Assembly: GCF_009914755.1 (NCBI RefSeq) | Contig: NC_060940.1 | Reading direction: 5' to 3' (one strand) | DNA: 64,000 nt | Origin: the human T2T-CHM13v2.0 reference genome, Homo sapiens | Shown: in pieces, positions 18,254-33,347 of the stretch | How positions within the stretch are numbered: the first letter of the stretch is position 1 | Layout: every line of letters starts with the position of its first letter | Made by a program: the position numbers and the translations under genes | The notes under the pieces: generated by a model | Told to the model about the DNA's origin: nothing | Seen by the model: only the letters and a program-made list of their open reading frames with translations | Database searches by the model: none

Positions 18254-18459
18254 TAAAAATTATTTGGTCTGTTTTAAGTCAAATAAATGATGGTTCATTG
18301 GAACTAGTTAAAAACTTCTGTAGAATCATTTTCATAATTTTAACTGTGGGTCTTAAGTATGTAGGGATCTTACATTATTTACAGGATCATCACTAGCATA
18401 TAGAACATTGATTTCATTTATGTTAAGAGGTTAATCATGGGTTTTCATGACAAAGTTCA

Positions 18460-18874
<415 letters not shown>

Positions 18875-20039
18875 TCAATTTGCTGTTTTGTAAGGCCCTG
18901 GTTTCTCTTTCCTGTCTTTCAGGTAATAAATGGCCTCAATTAGAAAAATTAACCTTTGGACAATTCACAGGCTTCATGATCACATGTTCTAGCCAGGCCC
19001 AGGGCAGGAGATGGGAAAAGGAGATTAAAGATAAGAATCACAGCTGGCCATCTTCTGCTGGCACCTGTAGATCTAAAGCATTCTTTGTGACGGTTCCATG
19101 GTATTCCACTGTGCAGATGTCCTGTGACTGATTCAGCCCATCCCCTGTTGATGAATTTTTGAATTGCTCCCAGTTTTTTGTCATTATACACAAAGCTTGG
19201 CCTGACAATCCTTAGCAATTCTGGCTGAGTGTCTGGGTTTCGTGAGATCATTTTGGTGGTGCAGAACAGAACTCGTGGGTGGCTGGCCTGGCCTTATGTT
19301 AGCTTGAGGCGGGGAGAAGTGGGAGGCGGCAGAGAGCCAGGTAAATAGCTTGACTGTGACCTCATCCATATTCTAGGATGTAATTGATCCCTAGAAGATT
19401 TCTGAATTAGCTGAATGACAAACACAAGATACTTAGATGACCCATTCGAACCAGGAAGCCTTGCAACATCAAGTAAGGAGTCCTCAATTAACAGCCTTAG
19501 AAGACATGTCATTGCTTGGGCATGTGATTGAAAACCATTCAAATGGTGAAGTGAGAAACCCTAAATGGGATATGGAAAGGAGGAATTGAAATAGATGGTT
19601 CAATAGCCCTTATTGAGGAGGTGCTAGAGAAACAAAAACCAGGAAGAAAGAAAGTAGGATAGTACCCTCTTTGTGCTTTTTCCAAGGCAACAGGAAACAG
19701 TATCATTCCTTTGAACCTGCAGCATACCTCATTTACTCCTCTAATAGTTAACAGGAAGCTAAGGATAAGGTTCTCAGAAGGCCACTCCCACTTCATGTGA
19801 CATCAGTGTGAGAGACTATTTCCTTATGGCCATTTCCTCCTCTCTCTTTCCCAATCCTTTTCTGTGGGTTTAGCTCTTTGTTTGTTTAGGTATTTGTTGC
19901 AGTGCAGGTGGTATGGTTACAGCATTTGTTCCCAACTGTGAAACAGATGTGCAATACACAAGCTCTTGTCAAATGGCAATGGAACAGAGAACTGTCCAAC
20001 AGACTTGAAGCTAATTGTTGGCTGATCACATATAACATC

Positions 20040-20300
20040 CATCTTTCTATCTATCTATCATCTATCTACCCATCTGTCTATTTATCTGTCTATCTAATCT
20101 ATGTGTGTTTTTGTATGTGTGTTCTATGAATGTGTATATATAATGTATATTATATGTGTAGATCTATTATATATGTAGATATGAATAAATATATACATAA
20201 ATTGTATGGATATCTTTGTGTGTATATACATATAATATACACATATAATACACATATACGCATACAACATGAAGTTATATACATACATACATATATATAA
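20040..20300. repeat. Degenerate (TCTA)n/(TA)n/(TACA)n low-complexity tract
   Basis: Visible directly. Confidence 0.85.
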
Positions 20301-21053
20301 ATTTGTCAAAGATTCAAAACAAAGACCAAAATGATTTGTATCAGTCAGGCTAGTCTAAACTCTGCTGCATCAAAATAACACTATCTCAAAATCTAAATGT
20401 CTTAAAACATAAAGGTTTGTTTCTTGCTCATGAAAAGCTACTGTGGGTAGGTGCAGGTGGGCTGTGAGCCATGCAGTCATGCAGGAACCCGGGCTGGTGA
20501 CTGGGTCCCCTTTGGGAATATCACTGGTTCCCATGGCAGTGGAAGGGGAGCTAGAGGGTCTCATTTTGGCTTTTGAATGCTTTCTCTTGGAAGTGACACA
20601 GTCACTTATGCTCACAGCCCACTGGCCAAAGATAGCCATATGCGATTGTCTTCCTGCATCACAATGACCTGGAGGGGACTCCAGAGTCTCTCCCCAACTC
20701 CACTCCTGCAGCCCCTCTTGGAGTTAGAGCTTCTGAGTGCTTTGTTTGCTGGTGACCCTGAGTCCTGGCTTTCATTACATTGTTATTCGATCCCTTTGAA
20801 AGAGTTCTCATGATAAATTATTTTCAGAAATTGATCTTGGGAGGAAGTGTAGTCCTCTTGAAAAACTGGTATACTTCCTTTTTATTCCCACACATAGTGA
20901 GTATTAGATAACTTGTCATGATTCCCTTTTAGTCTTGGCTAATAAGAAGCTCAGGGCAAAATTTAGTTCTCAGTTACAGTCACTATGTTGGCCTGGGAAT
21001 TTTGCAGGATTGCTCCTTCCTCTACCTGATTATAAGACATTTCCTATTTCTTT

Positions 21054-21916
<863 letters not shown>

Positions 21917-22493
21917 TAAATATAATATCACATAATAGCTTCCATTCAGTGACTGCTTCCTTGATGTTGGCCACCTTCTGTGCCTTATCTTGTTCATTCC
22001 TTACAACAATCCTATGAGATATTATTGTCAGTATTGTATGGTTGAGGAAACAGACTCAGAGGGGTTAAGTGACTTGCCCAAGTCCACACAGCCAGCAAAC
22101 GGAAAGTAAGCCCAGTTCTGACACCAAGGGCTGGGTTCCCAACCACTTTCATTTCATAGCATCACATAGACAGATGATTCCATTCAGGTAACGTATATTC
22201 ACCTAGAAGACCTGTCTTCACGTAGGTTTTGTTTTCATTGGTTCCGATTTTCTTTGATTTATGTATAAGAAAATTGGAAATATTTGTGAGCCAAAACCCT
22301 ACCGCTTTTTTCAACTGGTATAATGGCTCCTGGGAGAATCGGAAGGTTTTATGTTACAGCTTCTGATTTCTCATTTTCTTTTTAAAATTTAGGAGTATAG
22401 ACCAGGCGCAGTGGCTCACACCTGTAATCCCAGCACTTTGGGACGCCAAGGCGGGTGGATCATGAGGTCAGGAGATTGAGACCATCCTGGCTA

Positions 22494-23160
<667 letters not shown>

Positions 23161-25589
23161 TTTCTGGCCAGGCACGGTGGCTCACGTCTGTAATCCTAGC
23201 ACTTTGGGAGGCCGAGGTAGGTGTTTCACCTGAGGTCAGGAGTTCGAGACCAGTCTGGCCAACATGAGGAAACCCCCTCTCTACTAAAAATGCAAAAATT
23301 AGCAGGGCATGGTGGCGGGCACCTGTAATCCCAGCTCCTCGGGAGGCTGAGGCAGAGAATTGCTTGAACCCGGGGATGGGGGTGCGGAAGTTGTGGTGAG
23401 CCAAGATGGCGTCACTTAACTCCAGCCTGGGTGAAAGAGCAAAAGTTCGTCTCAAAAAGAAAAAAAAAAAAAAAAAAAAAAAAGAAAGGAAAAAGAAAAA
23501 GAAAAACAGTTTCCGTGAACATTTTTCTTATCTTTTGGTAGAAATACTCATTTATTTTGGGCCAATACAGCTGTATCTGTTTTCAATTTCTTGAATTTAC
23601 TAGGCATCGTTCAGCTGGTTAGATGTAATAGCTTTGGGCTTTGTTAGGCTATGGAAGTTTCTGGAGCATAAATGTAACTTTCTAGTCTTAGAATACAAGT
23701 AAACAAATGCGATAATTTTTCTTGTTAGGAAAAGTAATTTGCAATGAAGCACAGCATTTAGTCTTCTTAGCACTACAGACAGTTTGTATAGGTGTTCTTA
23801 TTTGCAAAACTGGCATATTTGTCAGAATTCTTTTTTTTCATTTGCAAATGACAGACACCCAACTCAAACCAGCTTTAGTCAAAAAGAGAATGTAATGACT
23901 CAAGTATCCAGCTGCCTTCAGGTTTGGCTGGATTCAGGTGTTTAAATGATGTCATCAACATCTGACAATGTCATCAACATCTGGCTCCTCTTTCTGTTTA
24001 TCTCTTGGTTCTGTTCTCCTCCCTGTTAGCATCACTCTTAGGCCCTTCTCTACTGGTGACCACTGGCAGCTTCAGGTTTAAAATTTCCTAACTTTGGCCG
24101 GTTGCAGTGGCTAACACCTGTAATCCTAGCACTTTGGGAGGCCGAGATCAGATTGCTTGAGCTCAGGAGTTTGAAACCAGCCTGGGCAACATAGAGAAAC
24201 CCTGTCTCTATAAAAATACAAAAATTAACCAGGCATAGTGGTGCACACCTGTAGTCCCAGCTACTCAGAATGCTGAGGGAGGAGGCTCACCTACGCTTGG
24301 GAGGTCGAGGTTGCATCGAGCTGTGATCATGCCACTGCACTCTAGCCTGGACGGCAGAGTGAGACCCTGTCTCAAAAAATAAAATAAAGTAAAATTTCCT
24401 AGCTCCAAGGCCGGCAGAAGGCAGAGCTTCTCTCTTCCCTACAGTTCTGATAAAACTCCCAGAATTGAATCTCACTGGCTTTAACTGGGTTGTATGCTCT
24501 GACAGAATCACTGTCTCCAGGAAGAAAATAATTCTGATGGGTCATATTCCACACCTGGCCCACAGGGACTGACTGTGTGGGAGAGGTGTTACCCAGGGAA
24601 AAGTGTTAACCACAAAAGCGAGAAATGGATGCTGTGCAGGGACACAATAATGAAACACAGATGTCAACTATGCTGAGAAATTTGGATGTGGGTTGGCACA
24701 CGGACATTCTGAGACTGTAGGTGTTGGCAGAAAGTTAATATTATCGTAGCTCTGATTACTCAAGTCTAACCCTTGTCATTTACATAGAGATAAACTTGTA
24801 AAAGTTGGCTGAGCTTTAAAAATGTTCTACTTCCTTATTTCAAAAATATTGCCGTTCATCTCATCATGCTGGCTTGAAACTGTAGAGATATGCTTGACTT
24901 TTATTTTCCTTCTCATCCTTTCCCTACTGGATCAGCCAACAAATCCTATTGATTCTTTCTTTAAATTTTCTGCCCTACTAATTACTCTTTTTCTCTATTC
25001 CCTCTGACATGACATTGGAAGCTCCAGGCTTATGTATATATTCTATCCCCTTAGCCACCCCAGTGAAATAAGAGCACCTCTTTCCCAGTAAGCCTTGTCC
25101 TGGTCCTGGAGGACTGACTGGGTTTACATGCCCATTCTTGAGCCAAACTCTGTGGCCAGGGGGATGGTGGACACCTGAGTCATGTGACCATCCTGACCAG
25201 CCAGTCAGGAGTACAGTCAGCCCTTCCTGAATCACCTGGACCAAGAGCGAGGGAGAGTAGGCAAGTAAAAACAACAGGTATCCAACACACTTAGAAATGA
25301 AAACTGGAGGCCAGGTGCAGTGGCTTACGCCTGTAATCCCAGCACTTTGGGAGGCTGAGGCAGGAGGATCACTTGAGCTCAGGAGTTCAAGATCAGCCTG
25401 GGCAACAACATAGGGAGACCCCATCTCTACAGAAAATGAAAAAATTAGGACCACAAGATGCATGCTTGTGGTCCTAGCTACTCAGGAGGCTGAGATGGGA
25501 GGATCGCTTGAGTCCCAAGAGATCGAGGCTGCAGTGAGCTATGATTGTACCATTGTACTACAGCCTGGGTGACAGAGTGACACCCTGTC

Positions 25590-25921
<332 letters not shown>

Positions 25922-26006
25922 TTAGGCTACAGAGTGAGACTCCATCTCAAAAAAAGAAAAACGAAAAGAAAAGAAAATTAAAACTGCATCACCTCTTATT
26001 TCAAAG

Positions 26007-26408
26007 TGTTAAAAGAAAAACTTTAGACAAACTAGAGGTAACAGGGTTTAATCAAACAAAGAATGATTTGCTAATGGGACAGCCTCCCCAGCCAGAATAG
26101 GTTCTGAGGGACTTAGGTGCTGCCACATGCTGGGTCAAAGAAGATTTATGGACAAGAAAAGGAAGATGACATAGAAAAAATGGAAGTGAGGTTCAGGAGC
26201 AATGGATTGGTTACAGCTCAGCATTTGCCTTATTTGAACACAGTTTGAACAATTGGTTGCCTGTGATTGGCCAAAATTCAGTGATTGGTACAAGAGTAGG
26301 TTATAGTCTGTTGACACCTCTTAGTTAGGTCACAGTTCATTATGTACAGAGAAATCTTTAGGCCAAACTTAAAATATGTTAGGAGGTAGCTTTGGGCTAA
26401 ATTTGACA
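26007..26408 (-). mobile_element. MER57-family (ERV1) solo LTR
   Basis: TG...CA termini, perfect 4-bp TSD AAAG (26003-26006 and 26409-26412), several GATTGG boxes, MER57-like GCCCAAAGCTACCTCCTAACATATTTTAAGTTTGGCCTAAAG on the minus strand. Confidence 0.8.
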
Positions 26409-27240
26409 AAAGTATGCTGTGGTCTGTGGATCAGAGCTGGTGGAGCTCATAAAATCTTATTTTCAAACTGGAAGGGGTCATAGCAATTGTCTACTTACCC
26501 TAGTCCTCTAGTTTCCATTAACCATTCTTCTTTTATGCACTTATATTAATTTATGCTTTGAACCCTAGAACCTCAAGTGTAATCAAAAAGCACAAAAAGT
26601 CCTTGTTTCTTTCAATCCTTTGGTTCACTAGTCCCCTCCCCCATAACCAAGGGAATATATTGTTCAAGATGAAAGCTTAGTTGCATGTGTTAAAGACCAC
26701 AAAAACAGTGGTTTAAACAAGATAATTTTATTTCTCTCTCACATAATAGTCTTAGCTGATACAATGGCTGTGCTCTGTGAAGTCACCAGCAACCCAGCAT
26801 CCTTTCCTCTGTTGTGCATTTATCCCAAATGCAGGTCTTGGCTTTGTGTGCATGACCCAAGATGGTGCACCGTCATTTCCGCATTCCAGCCCAGAGGAAG
26901 CAAGATGGAGAAAGGGAGAAATAACCTCTTTCCTCTAACAGCACAGCTGGGAAGTTGTGTGTATCACTGCTGCTCTCATCCCATTGACCATCCTCATGTT
27001 CATACCTTGGTGCAAGAGAATCTAGAAACATAGTCTTTATTCTAGGCAGTTGTGTACCTGACTACGAACAAAAGGAGAACAGATACTGGAAGATAACCAG
27101 CAATCTCTGCAGGGAAGAAAGGGAAAAAAATCTGACTTTTTCTTTTCTTCTTGTTTTTCAGGTGAAAAAAAAAAAAGATCCCTGAGTAATTGCAAATGCT
27201 GGGACAGTTTACCACTCCAGGGTGAAGAGTCCATACCAAC

Positions 27241-28028
27241 ATGTCTGCCTACTACAGGAATAACTGGTCTGAGGAAGACCCAGATTACCCTGACTATTCA
27301 GGGTCTCAGAACCGTACGCAGGGGTATTTGAAAACTCAAGGTTATCCAGATGTTCCAGGTCCTCTGAACAATCCAGACTACCCCGGCACCAGGAGCAATC
27401 CATACTCTGTAGCCTCCAGAACACGTCCAGACTATCCTGGGTCTCTGGCAGAACCAAATTATCCTAGATCTCTGAGTAATCCAGACTATTCTGGCACCAG
27501 AAGCAATGCATACTCTGCAGCCTCTAGAACAAGCCCAGACCATCCTACCTCTCTACCAGAGCCAGATTATAGTGAATTTCAGAGTCATCCCTACCACCGA
27601 GCATCATCCAGACAACCAGACTACCCTGGATCTCAACGAAATCCTGATTTTGCAGGCTCCAGCAGCAGTGGAAACTATGCAGGCTCCAGAACACATCCAG
27701 ATCATTTTGGCTCCTTAGAACCGGACTACCCTGGAGCTCAGAGCAACTCTGATCATCCTGGACCCAGAGCCAATTTGAACCATCCAGGATCCAGAAAGAA
27801 TCTGGAACATACAAGTTTTAGAATCAATCCATACGCAGACTCTCTGGGAAAGCCTGATTATCCAGGCGCTGACATTCAACCTAACTCTCCACCCTTTTTT
27901 GGGGAGCCAGACTATCCCAGTGCTGAGGACAATCAGAACTTGCCAAGCACTTGGAGAGAACCTGATTATTCAGATGCTGAGAATGGTCATGATTATGGCT
28001 CTTCTGAGACCCCAAAGATGACCAGGGG
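27241..28028 (+). CDS. TMC5: TMC5 long-isoform first coding exon (exon starts 27162; MSAYYRNNWSEEDPDY...PKMTRG), PDY-repeat N-terminus
   Basis: Strong acceptor tttttcttttcttcttgtttttcag at 27161, ATG in ccaacATG context, 788 coding nt, donor GG|GTAAGT (phase 2) joining in frame to 31271. Protein recognised as the TMC5 N-terminus. Confidence 0.95.
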
Positions 28029-28410
28029 GTAAGTTCAGATATATATCCCTTCACTGGGAGTGGATGCTGAGTGCTGAATCATTAAGTCAATGGAATTTGG
28101 TTGGTGTGGTTTAGATTAGGGATATATATGACGGTTTCTATGACCTGAAGTTGTGGTGAAATGCGCATACCTATCTGTAGACCTTACCTGGGCCATGGAC
28201 TCTCAGTTTGAGGCTTCAAGCCCTTACTTGAACTTAATCTTTCACCATCTCTTCCTTGGATCACCTTCCCATTATCCCACCTCTTCCTAATTCAATCCCT
28301 GTAAGACATCTAGATCCACACTGTTTTGACCCTGCTACGTAGCCAACAAGGTTAAGACTTGACGCTCATAAATCCAAACACTTTAATTAAAATTACATCA
28401 ACAGTGATGA

Positions 28411-28734
<324 letters not shown>

Positions 28735-28962
28735 TAGTCTTGAAGAAGGCTCCCAGCTGCTGGGATTATAGGCATGAGCCACCATGCCCGGCCATGTTTG
28801 CACCACTTCTGATTTTTACACTTTTATTTCTATTTTACTGAGATTATCAGAATTGATGACTTTTCACCAAAACTTTACTGCAGATTTGATTCACTGATTA
28901 TCTGCACTATTTTAATCTAATTTTATCAATTATAGTTTTCACCATTTTCAGTATTCCTTTAA

Positions 28963-29319
<357 letters not shown>

Positions 29320-29407
29320 TAGCAAGTCCAGTTTTTCCAGGTTTAGATTCTGTAGATCTAAATTTTGTCTAAAAGATTTTGATCTTCTGTCAATTTTTGT
29401 TCCTTGA

Positions 29408-29833
<426 letters not shown>

Positions 29834-30852
29834 TGATTTTTTAAAGTCAGTTTGTGGTTTAATCAGTAACAATGTTTGTCATGTGAAGTTGTAACCAATA
29901 TGAGTTTGATTTTGCATTTACTGTTTCTACTAGTAATATTTATGAATTTGATAAAAAACTGGTGGCTTGTATTTATCTCTAGGAACAAGGATATAGGACT
30001 TGGGCGTGCAGCAGTCCTGATGTCTTTAGAACCCAAATAGTAGGGTTAACAGGACCAGGTGAAAATGTCCTCCTTGGTCTTATCACCCACTGCCTGATTC
30101 ATCATTCCAAAGCCCACCTTTGATCCTATCACTCCTTTGCTTTTCATCGTCCATGGGTCCCCATAACCTTTGGAGAAAGGCCACCCAACTTCACTTATAG
30201 AATGTTTATGAATAAGGATACGTCGTGTTAATGTAAGATGCCAGCCAAAGACCAGCCTGACTGATCTCCTCTTAAGTCTCCTGTCTGCCCCCTGCCTTGA
30301 CCTTATACTCTAGGTCAGTGGTTCTTGACTTTGGCTGATCCTTAGCATTACCCAGTTATCTGGGGAACTTTAAAAATAATACAGATGCCTCAGTCAAACC
30401 TTCAGAACTTCTGATTCAATTCTCCAGGACAAGGCTTGGGAAGTGGTATATGTAGTAAATTGAGAATCATTACTCATCAGTTGATTTTCATAGCATTTCC
30501 TTTATATATTCAGCACTTTCTGGCCTCACACCTTTTTTTATGCTGTTCTTCATCCTTGGAATGCCCTCCCTTTATGTATGAATGTGTCTTCTCAATCCCT
30601 GCTCAGATGTATCTTTTCCATGCAGATTTCTCCCAAAACTCTCAGCAAGAATTATCTTTCCTCCGAACTCCTTGGGCCTGTCTTCAGATACTCACCAGTT
30701 TCTACTTGTAGTATAATTGCTCATAGCTGTGTCTAAGAAGCTGTACCAACTTGTACTGTGAGCTTCTTGAGGGCAGGTACCCCATGTTTTCCTCTTTGTA
30801 TTCTCACCTTCTAGCCCATGCCTAACTCAGGGTTGGCATTTAGTCTGCATTT

Positions 30853-31218
30853 GTGGAATGGAATGGAATGGATGGATGGATGAATACATTAATGAATGGA
30901 TGGATACATGGATGGATAGATGAATACATGGACGGATAGATGGATGGATGAATGTATGTATGGTTGGATGGATGGATGGTAAATGGATGGATGGATAAAT
31001 GGATGGATGAATACATGAATGAATGGATGGGTACATGGATGGATGGATGAACAGATGAATCAATGGATGGATGAATGGATGGATGGATGGATAAATGGAT
31101 GGATAAATACATGATTGAATGGATGGATACATGGATGGATGGATGGATGGATGGATAAACGGATGGATAAATAAATGGATGAATACATGATTGAATGGAT
31201 GGATGGATGGATGGATGA
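30853..31218 (+). repeat. (TGGA)n/(TGAA)n compound repeat, ~365 bp
   Basis: Visible directly; follows an L2-like 3' end. Confidence 0.95.
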
Positions 31219-31270
31219 CAATCCTTACTATACTCTTGGTTGGATAGTGATCCATCATTTTGGATTTTAG

Positions 31271-31440
31271 GGTGCTCAGCAGAACATCTTCAATCCAGCC
31301 CTCATTTCGTCACAGGAGTGATGACCCCGTGGGCAGTCTTTGGGGAGAGAATGATTACCCTGAAGGCATTGAAATGGCATCCATGGAGATGGCAAACTCA
31401 TATGGCCACTCTCTGCCAGGTGCTCCTGGAAGTGGCTATG
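31271..31440 (+). CDS. TMC5: TMC5 coding exon ([12 protein letters not shown]...APGSGY)
   Basis: ttttag|G acceptor, ATG|GTAAGC donor, 170 nt, phase 2 to phase 1, open frame. Confidence 0.93.
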
Positions 31441-33204
31441 GTAAGCATTTGTTAAGCCAGGATCATATCCTGGGAAAAAACTAAAATCACTGGATTTAGG
31501 GGTGCAATCATTAAGGAGACTTGGCAATAGGAGAATTGGTGTATCCTTCCAATCTCAGAGACCCTTTTTTTTACATACAAAAGTTGAGAATTCAGTGTTT
31601 AGAGAAGCCAAGTTAATTGTCATCAATTATAAAAAAAATGCTAGGTAAGAGTTGTGGAAAATGGGGACCTGTGCACTCTGTTCCTACCAGAGTTGGTGAA
31701 GCTCAGTCCATGGTGGTTATGTGGCAATGTGGGCTCAATGTGGCAAGATCTTCATATTTTTCAGAAGCCGTGTATTTGGGGTTTTATGTGAAACCTGATG
31801 TTGATCTGTTCCAAAATAATTTTTAAAAGTAAAAACAGTGAGCTGGGCAAACAAAACCACATTTTTTGTTAGCTGCCAGTGGCCACCTGTAGTTTAGCAT
31901 ATCCTAAAGGCATTCAGGCAATCAGCACGTATGTGTTCAGAACCTACTGGGGGAAAAGGGAGTTAAGAGGTAGCTCTGCCCTCATGTTATTTAAAGCCTA
32001 AATAGGTCAACAAAAGTGCCACATCAAGACTAAAGAAAAGGCTGGGTGTGGTGGCTCACGCCTGTAATCCCAGCACTTGGGAGGTCGAGGCGGGCAGATC
32101 ACCTGAGGTCAGGAGTTCGAGACCAGCCTGGCCAACATGGTGAAACCCCGTCTCTACTAAAAATACAAAAATTAGCCAGGCATAGTGGAGGGCACCTGTA
32201 ATGCCATACTCGGGAGGCTAAGGCAGAAGAATCACTTGAACCCAGGAGGCGGAGGTTGCAGTGAGCCAAGATCGCACCACTGTACTCCAGCCTGGGCAGT
32301 AGAGCGAGACTCTGTTAAAAACAAACAAAAAAAAGACTAAAGAAAGTTAGCAAGCAAACTATTAATATTTGAAAAATCATGTTGTCCTCATAATTTGTTG
32401 TGTGTATAGATAAGATGCTTAGCTCCAGGAGGCAAAGGAAATTCTAAACAGTTTTTTTTTTTTTTAAGACAGTGTCCTGCTCTGTCACCCAGGCTGATCA
32501 TAGCTCACTGCAGCCTCAAACTCCTAGGCTCAAGCAATCCTCCCACCTCAGCCTACCCAGTAGCAGGGACTACAGTTGCATGCCACCATGCCTGGCACTT
32601 TTTTTATGCTTGAGAAAGATGGGGTCTTGCTATGTTGCCTGGGCTGGCCTTGAACTCCTGGCTTCAAGCAATCCTCCAGTCTCGGCCTCCCAAAGTGCTG
32701 GGATTACAGGCTTGAGCCTGGGCCAATTCTGAACAGTTCTTACTTTCTAGGAGGAAAAAGAGACATGTTCCAGGAAGCCGTTTGATGGCACAAGAGAAAA
32801 AAAAAATCCAGGCCATGTTAAAGGAATTTGGAACCTGTGGAAGTCAGAAAAGGGAGAAGGTGTTCAGCCAATAAGAAGAGAACAAGAGACCCAAGTGCTG
32901 GGAGGTGCAGATGGAGGATTGATGAGCCTTGAGGAGTAGATGGGGCAGGTCTGGAAGAAGGCAGAGAGGAGGGGACAGGATGCATAGCCATGTACTAATG
33001 AAAACACTGACTGTTAACACATAGAAAATTTTCATTCCGGGCCTAATTTTAAAAATTAGCTGGGCGTGGTGGCACACACCTGGGGTCCCAGCTACTTGGG
33101 AGATTGACACAGGAGGATCACTTGAGCCTGGGAGGTTGAGGCTGCCGTGAGCCATGACTGTACCACTGCACTCTGGCCTGAGTGACAAAGCGAGACCCTG
33201 TCGC

Positions 33205-33347
33205 AAAAAAAGAAAGGACCGGACAGGACAGGACAGGAAAGGAAGGGAGTGGAGGGGAGGGGAGGGGAGGGGAAGAGTTGGGGGGAGGTGGAGGGGGAGA
33301 GAGGGAAGGAAGGAAGGAAGGGAGGAAGGAAGGAAAAAGAAAAGAGA
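33205..33347 (+). repeat. Polypurine tract (GGACA)n(GGGGA)n(GGAA)n
   Basis: Visible directly; expanded Alu tail. Confidence 0.9.

Noticed and set aside
27209-27814. Antisense and alternative-frame ORFs over the first coding exon
   Set aside because: Short shadows of the repetitive TMC5 coding frame, with no independent signals.
27340-28011. Regularly spaced CCAGACTA repeats resembling a CRISPR-like array
   Set aside because: They are PDY codon repeats within a eukaryotic exon. The units are degenerate and there are no cas genes.
30827-31258. Minus-strand IHPS-repeat ORFs
   Set aside because: Translation of the (TCCA)n microsatellite.
33240-33312. G-quadruplex/triplex-capable purine tract
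   Set aside because: A common Alu-tail expansion deep in an intron, with nothing indicating function.
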